Positions 9,219 to 16,758 of a DNA stretch of 48,012 nucleotides are shown piece by piece. Made by a program: the position numbers and the translations under genes. Every line of letters begins with the position of its first letter. Position 1 is the stretch's first letter. Location of the stretch: contig JAZQDN010000133.1 in NCBI GenBank assembly GCA_045546815.1, positions 1-48,012 on the forward strand. Reading direction: 5' to 3'. The notes beneath the pieces were generated by a model. The model was not told the DNA's origin. It worked only from the letters and a program-made list of their open reading frames with translations, and made no database searches. This DNA comes from Eubacteriales bacterium (GTDB lineage: Bacteria > Bacillota > Clostridia > Oscillospirales > QAKW01).

Positions 9219-10442
9219 ATGAAAATTTTAAATTTCGGGTCTTGTAACATAGACTATGTATATTCACTTGACCATATAGTAAATGTCGGCGAAACGCTAA
9301 GTTCGCAAAATTTAAGTGTTTATCCCGGTGGTAAAGGACTTAATCAATCGGTAGCACTGTCGCGTGCGGGTGTGCCGGTTTATCACGCGGGCTGTGTGGG
9401 TAGTGATGGCAGTATTTTAACAGAGCTTCTTATGCAAAACGGTGTAGATATTTCGCACATAAAAAAAGTTGATGCTACAAACGGTCACGCGATAATACAG
9501 GTGGGTCGTGACGGTGAAAACTCAATATTTATTCATTCGGGCAGTAACGGTATGATATCAAAGTCACAAATTGACAGTACACTTGCTCAATTTGAAAAAG
9601 GTGACATTTTGCTTTTGCAAAACGAGATCAACAATATAGAATATATTGTTGATACGGCATTTAAAAAACAAATGAGAATCATATTAAACCCGTCACCTAT
9701 AAACGAAAACCTGTTTAATATTGATTTTAATAAGCTGTCATACATAGTGCTCAATGAGGTGGAGGCAAAAACCTTTTCAGGATGTGACGAGCCCGAAATG
9801 AGCCTTGAGTTTTTTAAAAAAACATTTCCTAACCTTTGTGTTATGCTGACACTTGGCAAAAATGGTTGTGTGTATCAGGATAAAAACATTAAGCACTATC
9901 ATTCAATATTTGAAACAAGTGTTGTTGACTCAACTGCAGCGGGAGATACCTTCCTTGGATATTTTGTTGCGGGAATTTCGCAAAGAAAGGATATCCCCGA
10001 AATTTTAAAATATGCATCAGCCGCTTCTGCAATAGCGGTTTCACGGGCGGGCGCGGCTCCCTCAATTCCAACAGCACAACAGGTAAGGTATGCTTTAAAA
10101 ACAATGAAAGTAAAGGCCGTTGATATGGCGGCAAAGCGTATTTTGAAATCAATCGATGATTATATTGACAATAATATTTGTACAGTAACGCTTACCGAGC
10201 TTGCTAAAGAGCTTGACTATTCGCCTGTTTACACAGGCTCTCTTATTAAAAAACTTACAGGTAAAAGCTATGTTGACTATTTGCAGAGTAAGCGCTTGGA
10301 GCTTGCGACGCATCTACTAAAAAACAGTGAAATGCCTGTAAAAGATATTATTCAATGCTGTGGTTACCAGAATGAAAGCTATTTTCGTAAAATTTTTAAA
10401 CAGCAATATAACAAAACGCCTTTACAGTATAGGAGAATATAA
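9219..10442 (+). CDS. Ribokinase (PfkB family) fused to a C-terminal AraC-type double HTH
   Basis: GSCNID, GGKGLNQ, LLQNEI, NEVE, DSTAAGDTF. The last ~100 aa read LTELAKELDYSPVY...RLELATHLL...IIQCCGYQNESYFRKIFKQQYNKTPLQYR. Confidence 0.9.
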   Translation: MKILNFGSCNIDYVYSLDHIVNVGETLSSQNLSVYPGGKGLNQSVALSRAGVPVYHAGCVGSDGSILTELLMQNGVDISHIKKVDATNGHAIIQVGRDGENSIFIHSGSNGMISKSQIDSTLAQFEKGDILLLQNEINNIEYIVDTAFKKQMRIILNPSPINENLFNIDFNKLSYIVLNEVEAKTFSGCDEPEMSLEFFKKTFPNLCVMLTLGKNGCVYQDKNIKHYHSIFETSVVDSTAAGDTFLGYFVAGISQRKDIPEILKYASAASAIAVSRAGAAPSIPTAQQVRYALKTMKVKAVDMAAKRILKSIDDYIDNNICTVTLTELAKELDYSPVYTGSLIKKLTGKSYVDYLQSKRLELATHLLKNSEMPVKDIIQCCGYQNESYFRKIFKQQYNKTPLQYRRI

Positions 10443-10444
10443 AA

Positions 10445-11353
10445 ATGACGAACGAACAAAGACTTAAAAATTTGCAGGTGCCGCAGGGCAGGGTAGATGT
10501 CGTGCTCGACACCGACGCATTTAATGAAATCGACGACCAGTTTGCAATTGCATATCTTTTAAATTCAAAGGAAAAGCTAAATACAAAGGCAATTTATGCC
10601 GCACCGTTTCACAATGCCAACTCAAAAAGCGCAAAGGACGGAATGATAAAAAGCTATGACGAAATACTAAAGCTGCTGGATTTTATGGGCGAGAACGCTG
10701 ACGTCTATAAAGGATCAGAGGACTATTTAAATGATGAGACAACACCCGTTATATCTCCTGCGGCGCTCGACCTTGCAAAGCGCTGTGATAGCTATAGCCC
10801 CGAAAACCCGCTTTATGTTGTGGCAATTGGCGCTATCACAAACGTAGCATCCGCTATACTTTTAAATGAAAATATGATAGAAAATACCGTTGTTATATGG
10901 CTCGGCGGGCACGCGCACCACTACTGTGATACTGCCGAGTTTAATATGAAGCAGGATGTTGCCGCCGCACGCGTTGTGATGAATAGCGGCGTGCCGTTTG
11001 TACAGCTTGCTTGCAAGGGCGTTGTAAGCTCTTTTACAATCTCCGAGCCGGAACTTAAGTATTGGTTTGAGGATAAAAACAAAATCGCCGACTACCTTGC
11101 CAAAAACACGATAGCCGCCGCAAGCAAATATGCATCGGGTAAACCGTGGACGCGCGTTATATGGGATGTTACTGCGGTTGCGTGGCTGCTTAACGATGAT
11201 GAGCGTTTTATGAAATCGCAGATTGTAAAGACCAAACTGCCAAACTACCAAAATATATATGAAACGTCAGATAACGGTATTGATATGAACTATGTTTACT
11301 ATATTCATAGAGACAGCCTGTGGGAAGACGTTATAAATAAAATAACCAAATAA
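10445..11353 (+). CDS. Nucleoside hydrolase (IU-NH family)
   Basis: N-terminal DTDAFNEIDDQFA, GAITN, WLGG, EFN..QD, IWD. Confidence 0.9.
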   Translation: MTNEQRLKNLQVPQGRVDVVLDTDAFNEIDDQFAIAYLLNSKEKLNTKAIYAAPFHNANSKSAKDGMIKSYDEILKLLDFMGENADVYKGSEDYLNDETTPVISPAALDLAKRCDSYSPENPLYVVAIGAITNVASAILLNENMIENTVVIWLGGHAHHYCDTAEFNMKQDVAAARVVMNSGVPFVQLACKGVVSSFTISEPELKYWFEDKNKIADYLAKNTIAAASKYASGKPWTRVIWDVTAVAWLLNDDERFMKSQIVKTKLPNYQNIYETSDNGIDMNYVYYIHRDSLWEDVINKITK

Positions 11354-11384
11354 AAAAATCACTCGCAATTGCGAGTGATTTTTT
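11353..11384. terminator. Bidirectional terminator between nucleoside hydrolase and yabO
   Basis: Perfect palindrome AAAAAATCACTCGCAA/TTGCGAGTGATTTTTT. Confidence 0.85.
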
Positions 11385-11414
11385 GTTGTAGGGGGCTTGC
11401 TCCCGCCATCTGTC

Positions 11415-11657
11415 CTATTCCAGTATCGTGTACATTGTTTCAGCTTCGTTTGCTTTAATAAAGTCACACACCTTTGTCACCTGTACACGCGTTTTTTTAG
11501 CACCGAACGATATCTCGATAATATCGTTTTCCTTGATGTCGTATGACGGCTTTACAACCTTGCCGTTAACGGATACGCGTCCGCCATCCGCCGCCTGCTG
11601 TGCGACGGTGCGCCGCTTGATAAGGCGTGACACCTTTAAATATTTGTCAAGTCGCAT
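11415..11657 (-). CDS. yabO: S4-domain RNA-binding protein (YabO/RqcP, Hsp15-like)
   Basis: MRLDKYLKVSRLIKRRTVAQ...VNGKVVKPS; lies downstream of hup as in the Firmicutes yab region. Confidence 0.92.
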   Translation of the reverse strand: MRLDKYLKVSRLIKRRTVAQQAADGGRVSVNGKVVKPSYDIKENDIIEISFGAKKTRVQVTKVCDFIKANEAETMYTILE

Positions 11658-11667
11658 AAATTCTCCT

Positions 11668-11702
11668 AAAAAATAGACTGCAGGACTAAAAATCCTGCAG
11701 TC
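11668..11702 (-). terminator. Terminator after hup
   Basis: GACTGCAGGA-N7-TCCTGCAGTC stem with T tract on the minus strand. Confidence 0.75.
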
Positions 11703-11716
11703 GACTTTTTTAAAAA

Positions 11717-11989
11717 TTAGCCGATGTAATCCTTGAAAGCTTTGCCAGCTTTGAATACGGGAGCCTTTGAAGCTTTGATTGTGATAACTTCGCCTGTTCT
11801 GGGGTTCTTACCCTTTCTTTCGGGCTTGTTCTTAACTTCGAAAGAACCGAAGCCAACGAGCTGAACTTTGTCACCCTTTTTAAGTGCTTCTTTGATTTCG
11901 TCCATAACAGCACCAACTACTTTAGCTGCCTCTTTCTGTGATACTTCTGCTGATGCAGCAACTGCTGCGATAAGTTCTGCTTTGTTCAT
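11717..11989 (-). CDS. hup: DNA-binding protein HU
   Basis: MNKAELI...VQLVGFGSFEV...GKNPRTGE...PVFKAGK; GGAGG RBS. Confidence 0.97.
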   Translation of the reverse strand: MNKAELIAAVAASAEVSQKEAAKVVGAVMDEIKEALKKGDKVQLVGFGSFEVKNKPERKGKNPRTGEVITIKASKAPVFKAGKAFKDYIG

Positions 11990-12042
11990 TTTAAATTTTC
12001 CTCCAATTTTTGATTTTCATACGTGGATTTAACTATGATAAT

Positions 12043-12071
12043 ATTATCGCAAATTTTTTTTCGATTTGCAA
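12043..12071 (-). promoter_or_regulatory. Sigma-A promoter of hup
   Basis: TTGCAA-N17-GATAAT with TG on the minus strand. Confidence 0.6.
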
Positions 12072-12098
12072 TAGTATTTCAAAAAAATATAAGTTTTT

Positions 12099-12779
12099 TT
12101 ACACTTTTTTACAAATTTCTTTGCAAAATTCATCATTTTTCGCGTAAAGATCTTGCTCAAGGTCACGTCCGAATGTGTTTCCAAGACGCGCACACTCAAA
12201 CAAAAGCTGTGAAACCGCGTCGCTGTTTTTGTTTTCGATCTGCTGTATACATCCTTTTATGTTGGCGATGATTTCGTCTGTGTCGTTTGCGATCTCCGAC
12301 TTTTTAATAAGCTTTTGTGCACGCATAAGCGAGGGTAATGCACTTGATACTGACTGCATAACCTCGGCTTTGTTCTTTTGTCCCTTTTCTTTTTTCTTGA
12401 GCTCGTCCCAATTTTTGAGAACGACGTCAGAGGTGTCCGCGACAGTGTCGGCAAACACGTGCGGGTGACGGTAAATAAGCTTTTTGCATATTCCGTCGCA
12501 CACGCCGTCAATGTCAAACGTACCGTTTCCGTTAGCAATGCACGCGTGGAAAACCACCTGCAGAATAAGGTCGCCCAGCTCTTCTTTCATAATATCGGGG
12601 TCGTTTTTGTCAATACCCTCAACGACCTCGTAGGTCTCCTCAATAAGTCCCTTGCGTATTGACTGATGCGTCTGCTCCATATCCCACGGACAGCCGCCGG
12701 GCGCACGGAGTATGTCGACAATCTCTACAAGATCATCAAAATTATAGCTGTCTTTTTGTAAAATTGTCTCTTTGCTCAT
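12099..12779 (-). CDS. mazG: MazG-family NTP pyrophosphohydrolase (second domain degenerate)
   Basis: LRAPGGCPWD.EQTH, EETYE, EELGD, KLIYRHPHVF, NWDELK. Confidence 0.9.
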   Translation of the reverse strand: MSKETILQKDSYNFDDLVEIVDILRAPGGCPWDMEQTHQSIRKGLIEETYEVVEGIDKNDPDIMKEELGDLILQVVFHACIANGNGTFDIDGVCDGICKKLIYRHPHVFADTVADTSDVVLKNWDELKKKEKGQKNKAEVMQSVSSALPSLMRAQKLIKKSEIANDTDEIIANIKGCIQQIENKNSDAVSQLLFECARLGNTFGRDLEQDLYAKNDEFCKEICKKV

Positions 12780-14446
12780 TATTTAATAAGTCCTTTTCTT
12801 TCAAGTATTGAACAGATCTTTTCGCCCTTTGGCAGTAGCAGCACGTCCTCACGCTTTATTGCCTTGAACACAAAAATAAATACGATATAAAGCACTGCCG
12901 CAATCGCAATTCCGATAAGTGCGCACAGCCTTATTGATATGTTGCCGAACAGCACATATTTATATAAAGCATATGACAGTCCGACGCCAAGGAGCGAGCA
13001 TATGATCGGCTTTAGGAAAACCGATACAAAATCCGTTTTATAGCCTTGCTTTTTATAAAGCATGATCAGATTGATTATCAGAGCGGAGCCGTAGCAAAGC
13101 AGCGTGCCGAAGGGTGCTCCGTTTATGCGGATGCCCGGCTGTGACACAAGCGTGTAGTTTGTAATAATCTTCAAAACAGCACCTGTCGCCATTGCGATAA
13201 GCGGAATGTTAACGTGTCCGCAGCCCTGCAAAAACAGGCTTGTCGGGTACACCATCGCAACAAGGTAAATGCCAAGTGCTAAAATATGAAACGGCTGTGT
13301 TGCTATTATTATTTCGTTAGGATTGCTTGCAAATAGCAGGTTGAATATCGGATAAGCAAAAAACGAAAGGCCGATTGCGCAGGGTGCCGCGATAAGCGAT
13401 ACGATACGCATTGACGAGTTCATATTCTGGTATGCTTCGTTATACTTTTTCTTTGCAAAAAGTTCGGAAATGAACGGAAGCACCGAAATACCTATTGTTT
13501 GCGTAATTGTCGGCGGAAGGTTGAAAAGGGAGAAGCAGCAGCCTGAATATGCACCGTAAACAGAGTTTGCGTGCATAACAAAATCTGCACCCGCCGCCTT
13601 CAAAGCCTCGACCTCCGCTTCGGTATATGACGGCAGCCCTGAGTTGATAAGCGCCTGCCTTACGCTTATCATATCAATGGTTGATGTAATGCTCATGATC
13701 GATGAGCTGAGAGTTATCGGTATTGCAATTTTTAAAATCGCTTTAAAAAGAACGCTGTTCGAACGGTTTTCAATGGGGTTTACAACGTCGGTTTTTATCG
13801 GGCCCTTACCAAAGTAAAATCGTATAAACATAAACGATGTCGACACAAACGAACCGATGGTAACACCGAGAATTGCGCCGCACGCGAGCACCGAACTTTG
13901 TGTGTGCCCTTTTGCAATAAGTATAATGACCGCCGCAAGCCCGAGTAGCTTTGATGCCGCTTCGAGTATCTGATAAATCGCGGTCGGTGCCATGTCCTTG
14001 TAGCCCTGGAAAAAGCCCTTGAACGACGAACCGAGAGATACAAAAAATATTGCAGGAGCAATTGCGATTATCGAAACGCCGGCACCCGGGGCATCAACAA
14101 AATTTGCAAACCACTTTGAAAAAAATATGAGAACCAGCATGCCGATAAGACCGACCACCGCAAAGATTTTAAGCGATAAAGACAGTATCTTTTTTGGCTC
14201 GTGTATTCTGCCGACCGCGTTTGATTCGCTGATAAGCTTTGCAAGTGCCACGGGAATGCCGCCTGTTGAAATAACAAACAGCAGTGAATATACCTGATAT
14301 GCAGCGTCATAATACCCCTGACCGTCGCCGCCGATGAGGTTAAACAGCGGTATTTTGTAGATAAATCCTATTGCTTTTACAATAACGAGTGCCGCGGTCA
14401 AAACCATTGCACCGTTTAAAAAATTCTTTTTTGTTTTGTCTGACAT
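12779..14446 (-). CDS. MOP-superfamily flippase (YabM/SpoVB/MurJ-like polysaccharide biosynthesis protein)
   Basis: FLNGAMVL, YKIPL, STGGIPVA.AKLISE, GFFQG..DM.PTA; ~14 TM; upstream of mazG like yabM. Confidence 0.9.
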   Translation of the reverse strand: MSDKTKKNFLNGAMVLTAALVIVKAIGFIYKIPLFNLIGGDGQGYYDAAYQVYSLLFVISTGGIPVALAKLISESNAVGRIHEPKKILSLSLKIFAVVGLIGMLVLIFFSKWFANFVDAPGAGVSIIAIAPAIFFVSLGSSFKGFFQGYKDMAPTAIYQILEAASKLLGLAAVIILIAKGHTQSSVLACGAILGVTIGSFVSTSFMFIRFYFGKGPIKTDVVNPIENRSNSVLFKAILKIAIPITLSSSIMSITSTIDMISVRQALINSGLPSYTEAEVEALKAAGADFVMHANSVYGAYSGCCFSLFNLPPTITQTIGISVLPFISELFAKKKYNEAYQNMNSSMRIVSLIAAPCAIGLSFFAYPIFNLLFASNPNEIIIATQPFHILALGIYLVAMVYPTSLFLQGCGHVNIPLIAMATGAVLKIITNYTLVSQPGIRINGAPFGTLLCYGSALIINLIMLYKKQGYKTDFVSVFLKPIICSLLGVGLSYALYKYVLFGNISIRLCALIGIAIAAVLYIVFIFVFKAIKREDVLLLPKGEKICSILERKGLIK

Positions 14447-14459
14447 AAAATTTTAGTCC

Positions 14460-14816
14460 TTACAGTTTAGTGCCGCAATTTTTGCAGTATGTGTCACTTG
14501 CACCTGCGTGCTTTGAGCAGACGGGGCAGGTCTTTTTGAACTTCGACATTTCGGTGTTGACCTCTTTTAGTCTGAACTTGAGCACGTCGATTTTTTCCAT
14601 ACACTGTGCAATCGGACTTTCGTCGTCGCTCTGCTTCTTTTTAATATCGTATGTCAGCTTGCCGAGCTCGCAGAAGGTGCGCTCGATTTCACTTTTAAGC
14701 GTTGACGCCTTGTATTCGAGCTTAACGTAATCCTTTGCATCGACAGCCTTGTCAGTCACATATTTACCGGCTTTTTCCATCGAATCAATAATATCGTCAA
14801 TTATTGCCATTGTCAC
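14460..14816 (-). CDS. Coiled-coil protein with C-terminal double zinc-ribbon
   Basis: CPVC...YCKNCGTKL; AAGGAG RBS; own promoter upstream. Confidence 0.8.
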   Translation of the reverse strand: MTMAIIDDIIDSMEKAGKYVTDKAVDAKDYVKLEYKASTLKSEIERTFCELGKLTYDIKKKQSDDESPIAQCMEKIDVLKFRLKEVNTEMSKFKKTCPVCSKHAGASDTYCKNCGTKL

Positions 14817-14841
14817 TTCTCCTTAAAATATTATAAGATAT

Positions 14842-14870
14842 ATTATATCACAGGTTATTGCATTTTACAA
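14842..14870 (-). promoter_or_regulatory. Sigma-A promoter for the zinc-ribbon/yabM/mazG operon
   Basis: TTGTAA-N17-TATAAT with TG on the minus strand. Confidence 0.7.
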
Positions 14871-14871
14871 C

Positions 14872-14913
14872 AAAAAGTAAAACGGCACAGCTGTTGTGCC
14901 GTGCCGTCTTACT
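14872..14913 (-). terminator. Terminator shared by tadA and the putative sRNA
   Basis: AGUAAGACGGCACGGC-ACAACA-GCUGUGCCGUUUUACU-UUUU; two G-U pairs form only on the minus strand. Confidence 0.85.
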
Positions 14914-14963
14914 GTTTTGCATTAAAAATAGGAGGGGGATTGAGATAAGTTTTATCTTATCTT
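14872..14963 (-). ncRNA. Putative C-rich trans-acting small RNA (~92 nt)
   Basis: Own extended -10 (TGGTATACT, 14978-14970), 5' hairpin AGAUAAG-AUAAAA-CUUAUCU, unpaired AAUCCCCCUCCU, 16-bp terminator; no ORF. Confidence 0.6.
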
Positions 14964-14969
14964 GTAAAC

Positions 14970-15023
14970 AGTATACCACGCCATAGCGCAAAAGTTGTTA
15001 TCAAACTTTTAACTTTTTGTTAA
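14970..15023 (-). promoter_or_regulatory. Promoter with OmpR/PhoB-type tandem boxes
   Basis: Minus strand TTAACA-N5-TTAAAA-N5-ATAACA-N20-TATACT (preceded by TGG); no consensus -35. Confidence 0.55.
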
Positions 15024-15477
15024 AAGCGGGACCTTTCCGCAGACGCGCAAAAAAATCCTTTATGATCTGCGAGCACTCGCCCTGCAAAACGCCAAAGGTG
15101 ACAAGCGGCTTGTGGTTTACGGGCAGTGCCATTACGTCAACTATTCCGCCCATCGCGCCCGCTTTTTTATCGGCTGTACCGATTACCACGCGGTCGATGC
15201 GCGAATTTATTATCGTGCCTGCGCACATAATGCACGGCTCGAGTGTCACGTACAGCGTGCACCCTGTCAGCCGCCAGGAGCCCAGCTTTTTGCACGCTTT
15301 TTCAATCGCGATGTGCTCTGCGTGTGCTACGGCACTCTGTGCGGTTTCGCGTCTGTTGTATCCGCGTGCAATAATTTTGCCGTCCTTCACTATGACAGCA
15401 CCGACAGGCACTTCCCCAAGAGCCTCCGCTCTTTTTGCCTGAATAAGTGCTTTTTTCATAAAATAAATATCGTCCAT
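15001..15477 (-). CDS. tadA: tRNA adenosine(34) deaminase
   Basis: GEVPVGAVIV, HAE, TLEPCIMC, DFFARLR. Confidence 0.95.
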   Translation of the reverse strand: MDDIYFMKKALIQAKRAEALGEVPVGAVIVKDGKIIARGYNRRETAQSAVAHAEHIAIEKACKKLGSWRLTGCTLYVTLEPCIMCAGTIINSRIDRVVIGTADKKAGAMGGIVDVMALPVNHKPLVTFGVLQGECSQIIKDFFARLRKGPAFNKKLKV

Positions 15478-15483
15478 AAAAAT

Positions 15484-15512
15484 ATTATATGCTAAATTAA
15501 GCCAAAGGTCAA
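15484..15512 (-). promoter_or_regulatory. Sigma-A promoter of tadA (probably leaderless transcript)
   Basis: TTGACC-N17-TATAAT; the ATG begins 7 nt after the -10. Confidence 0.7.
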
Positions 15513-15536
15513 TAAAATTAGAGTGGGTGATATTAT

Positions 15537-16721
15537 TTGGTATATATTTTGCTTGCGTGTCACATTTATTTTTGCTTTAAAACGCGCTTTGTTCAGCGCC
15601 ACACACTAAAAGGTATACGTTACTCGCTTTTTGAAAATGACGGCGGCACTTACTCGGCGTTTGCCGCCGCCCTCGGCACAACAATAGGTCCGGGAAATAT
15701 AGTCGGTGTTGCCGTTGCGATATCGACGGGCGGTGCGGGTGCGGTCTTGTGGATGTGGGTCTGCGGAATTTTGTCAATGGCAACCAAATATGCCGAGAGC
15801 TATCTGTGTCTGAAATATCGCAATAAAGAATACGGCGGACCGATGGTGCTTTTAAAAATGCGCGGCTATAAAAAAACAGCGCTTGTGTGGGCGATTTTAT
15901 GTGCGGCTGCGGGTCTGTTTATGGGCGCTGCCATCCCTGCAAATGCGCTTTCGCAAACACTGCCGCTACCGCTTTGGATAACGGGTGCGGCTTTGGGCGC
16001 ACTCACGCTTATTACCGTATCGTTTGGCGTTGGCGGTATATCAAAGGTGTGCTCCTTGCTTGTGCCGATAATGTCTGTCGGCTTTATATCGCTGTGTGTT
16101 GCGGCGGTTATTTTAAATATCGGTCAGCTGCCCGCCGCAATCTTAAAAATAGTAAAAGGCGCGCTTATGCCGTCGGCGGTTGTGGGCGGCGGTATTGGTG
16201 CTGCTGTAAAAAGCGGTGTTGCGCGCGGACTTTATTCAAACGAGAGCGGGCTTGGCAGCGGCGGAATTCTTGCGGCAGAATCGGGCGATGAAAATACCGT
16301 GCTTTCGTCACTTGGCGCAATGACAACGGCGTTTTGGGACACCGTTGTGATGTGCGCTCTTTGCGGAGTTGTGTTTGTGCTCGGCGGTGCGGATGTCGGC
16401 TGCAGTCCGTCTGCAACCGTTGCGGCGGCTTTTGCAGATATTCCGTTTTCGCGGGTGTTTTTGAATGTTTCAATGTCAATGTTCGTGTTTGCAACGGTAA
16501 TCGGATGGTACTATATCGCGCGTCGCGCTGTTGCGTTTGCAAAAATTCCGTCTCACCTTTACGACATGCTGTATGTTGCGGCAGTCTTTTTCGGCGCGAT
16601 CAGTATAAACGCACCGCTGTGGCAGATTGCCGATATACTCAATTTTGCAATGCTGATACCGTCAATGTTTATATTTATATTGATGTCAGGTAAAATAAAT
16701 CTTTACATATCTAATAAATAG
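15537..16721 (+). CDS. Alanine/glycine:cation symporter (AGCS/AlsT family), short variant
   Basis: LGTTIGPGNIVGVA.AI..GGAGAVLWMW, TKYAE, GGPM, GVARGLYSNESGLGS, FWDT; TTG start. Confidence 0.9.
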   Translation: MVYILLACHIYFCFKTRFVQRHTLKGIRYSLFENDGGTYSAFAAALGTTIGPGNIVGVAVAISTGGAGAVLWMWVCGILSMATKYAESYLCLKYRNKEYGGPMVLLKMRGYKKTALVWAILCAAAGLFMGAAIPANALSQTLPLPLWITGAALGALTLITVSFGVGGISKVCSLLVPIMSVGFISLCVAAVILNIGQLPAAILKIVKGALMPSAVVGGGIGAAVKSGVARGLYSNESGLGSGGILAAESGDENTVLSSLGAMTTAFWDTVVMCALCGVVFVLGGADVGCSPSATVAAAFADIPFSRVFLNVSMSMFVFATVIGWYYIARRAVAFAKIPSHLYDMLYVAAVFFGAISINAPLWQIADILNFAMLIPSMFIFILMSGKINLYISNK

Positions 16722-16730
16722 TGATAATAT
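16702..16730 (+). promoter_or_regulatory. Probable internal promoter for ddl-murI-DUF1934-argS
   Basis: TTTACA-N17-TAATAT with TG. Confidence 0.5.
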
Positions 16731-16758
16731 TATATGGATAATATATAGGAGTGAAAGT

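Noticed and set aside
14930-14948. AGGAGGGGG as a + strand RBS for a small peptide or type I toxin
   Set aside because: The only nearby start gives TTG-AGA-TAA (2 codons); promoter and terminator polarity both point to the minus strand.
14820-15000. SRP RNA (ffs/scr) or tRNA-Ser, which often follow tadA in Firmicutes
   Set aside because: No SRP domain-IV motif (CAGG...GGAA...AGCAG) and no cloverleaf or TTCGA arm.
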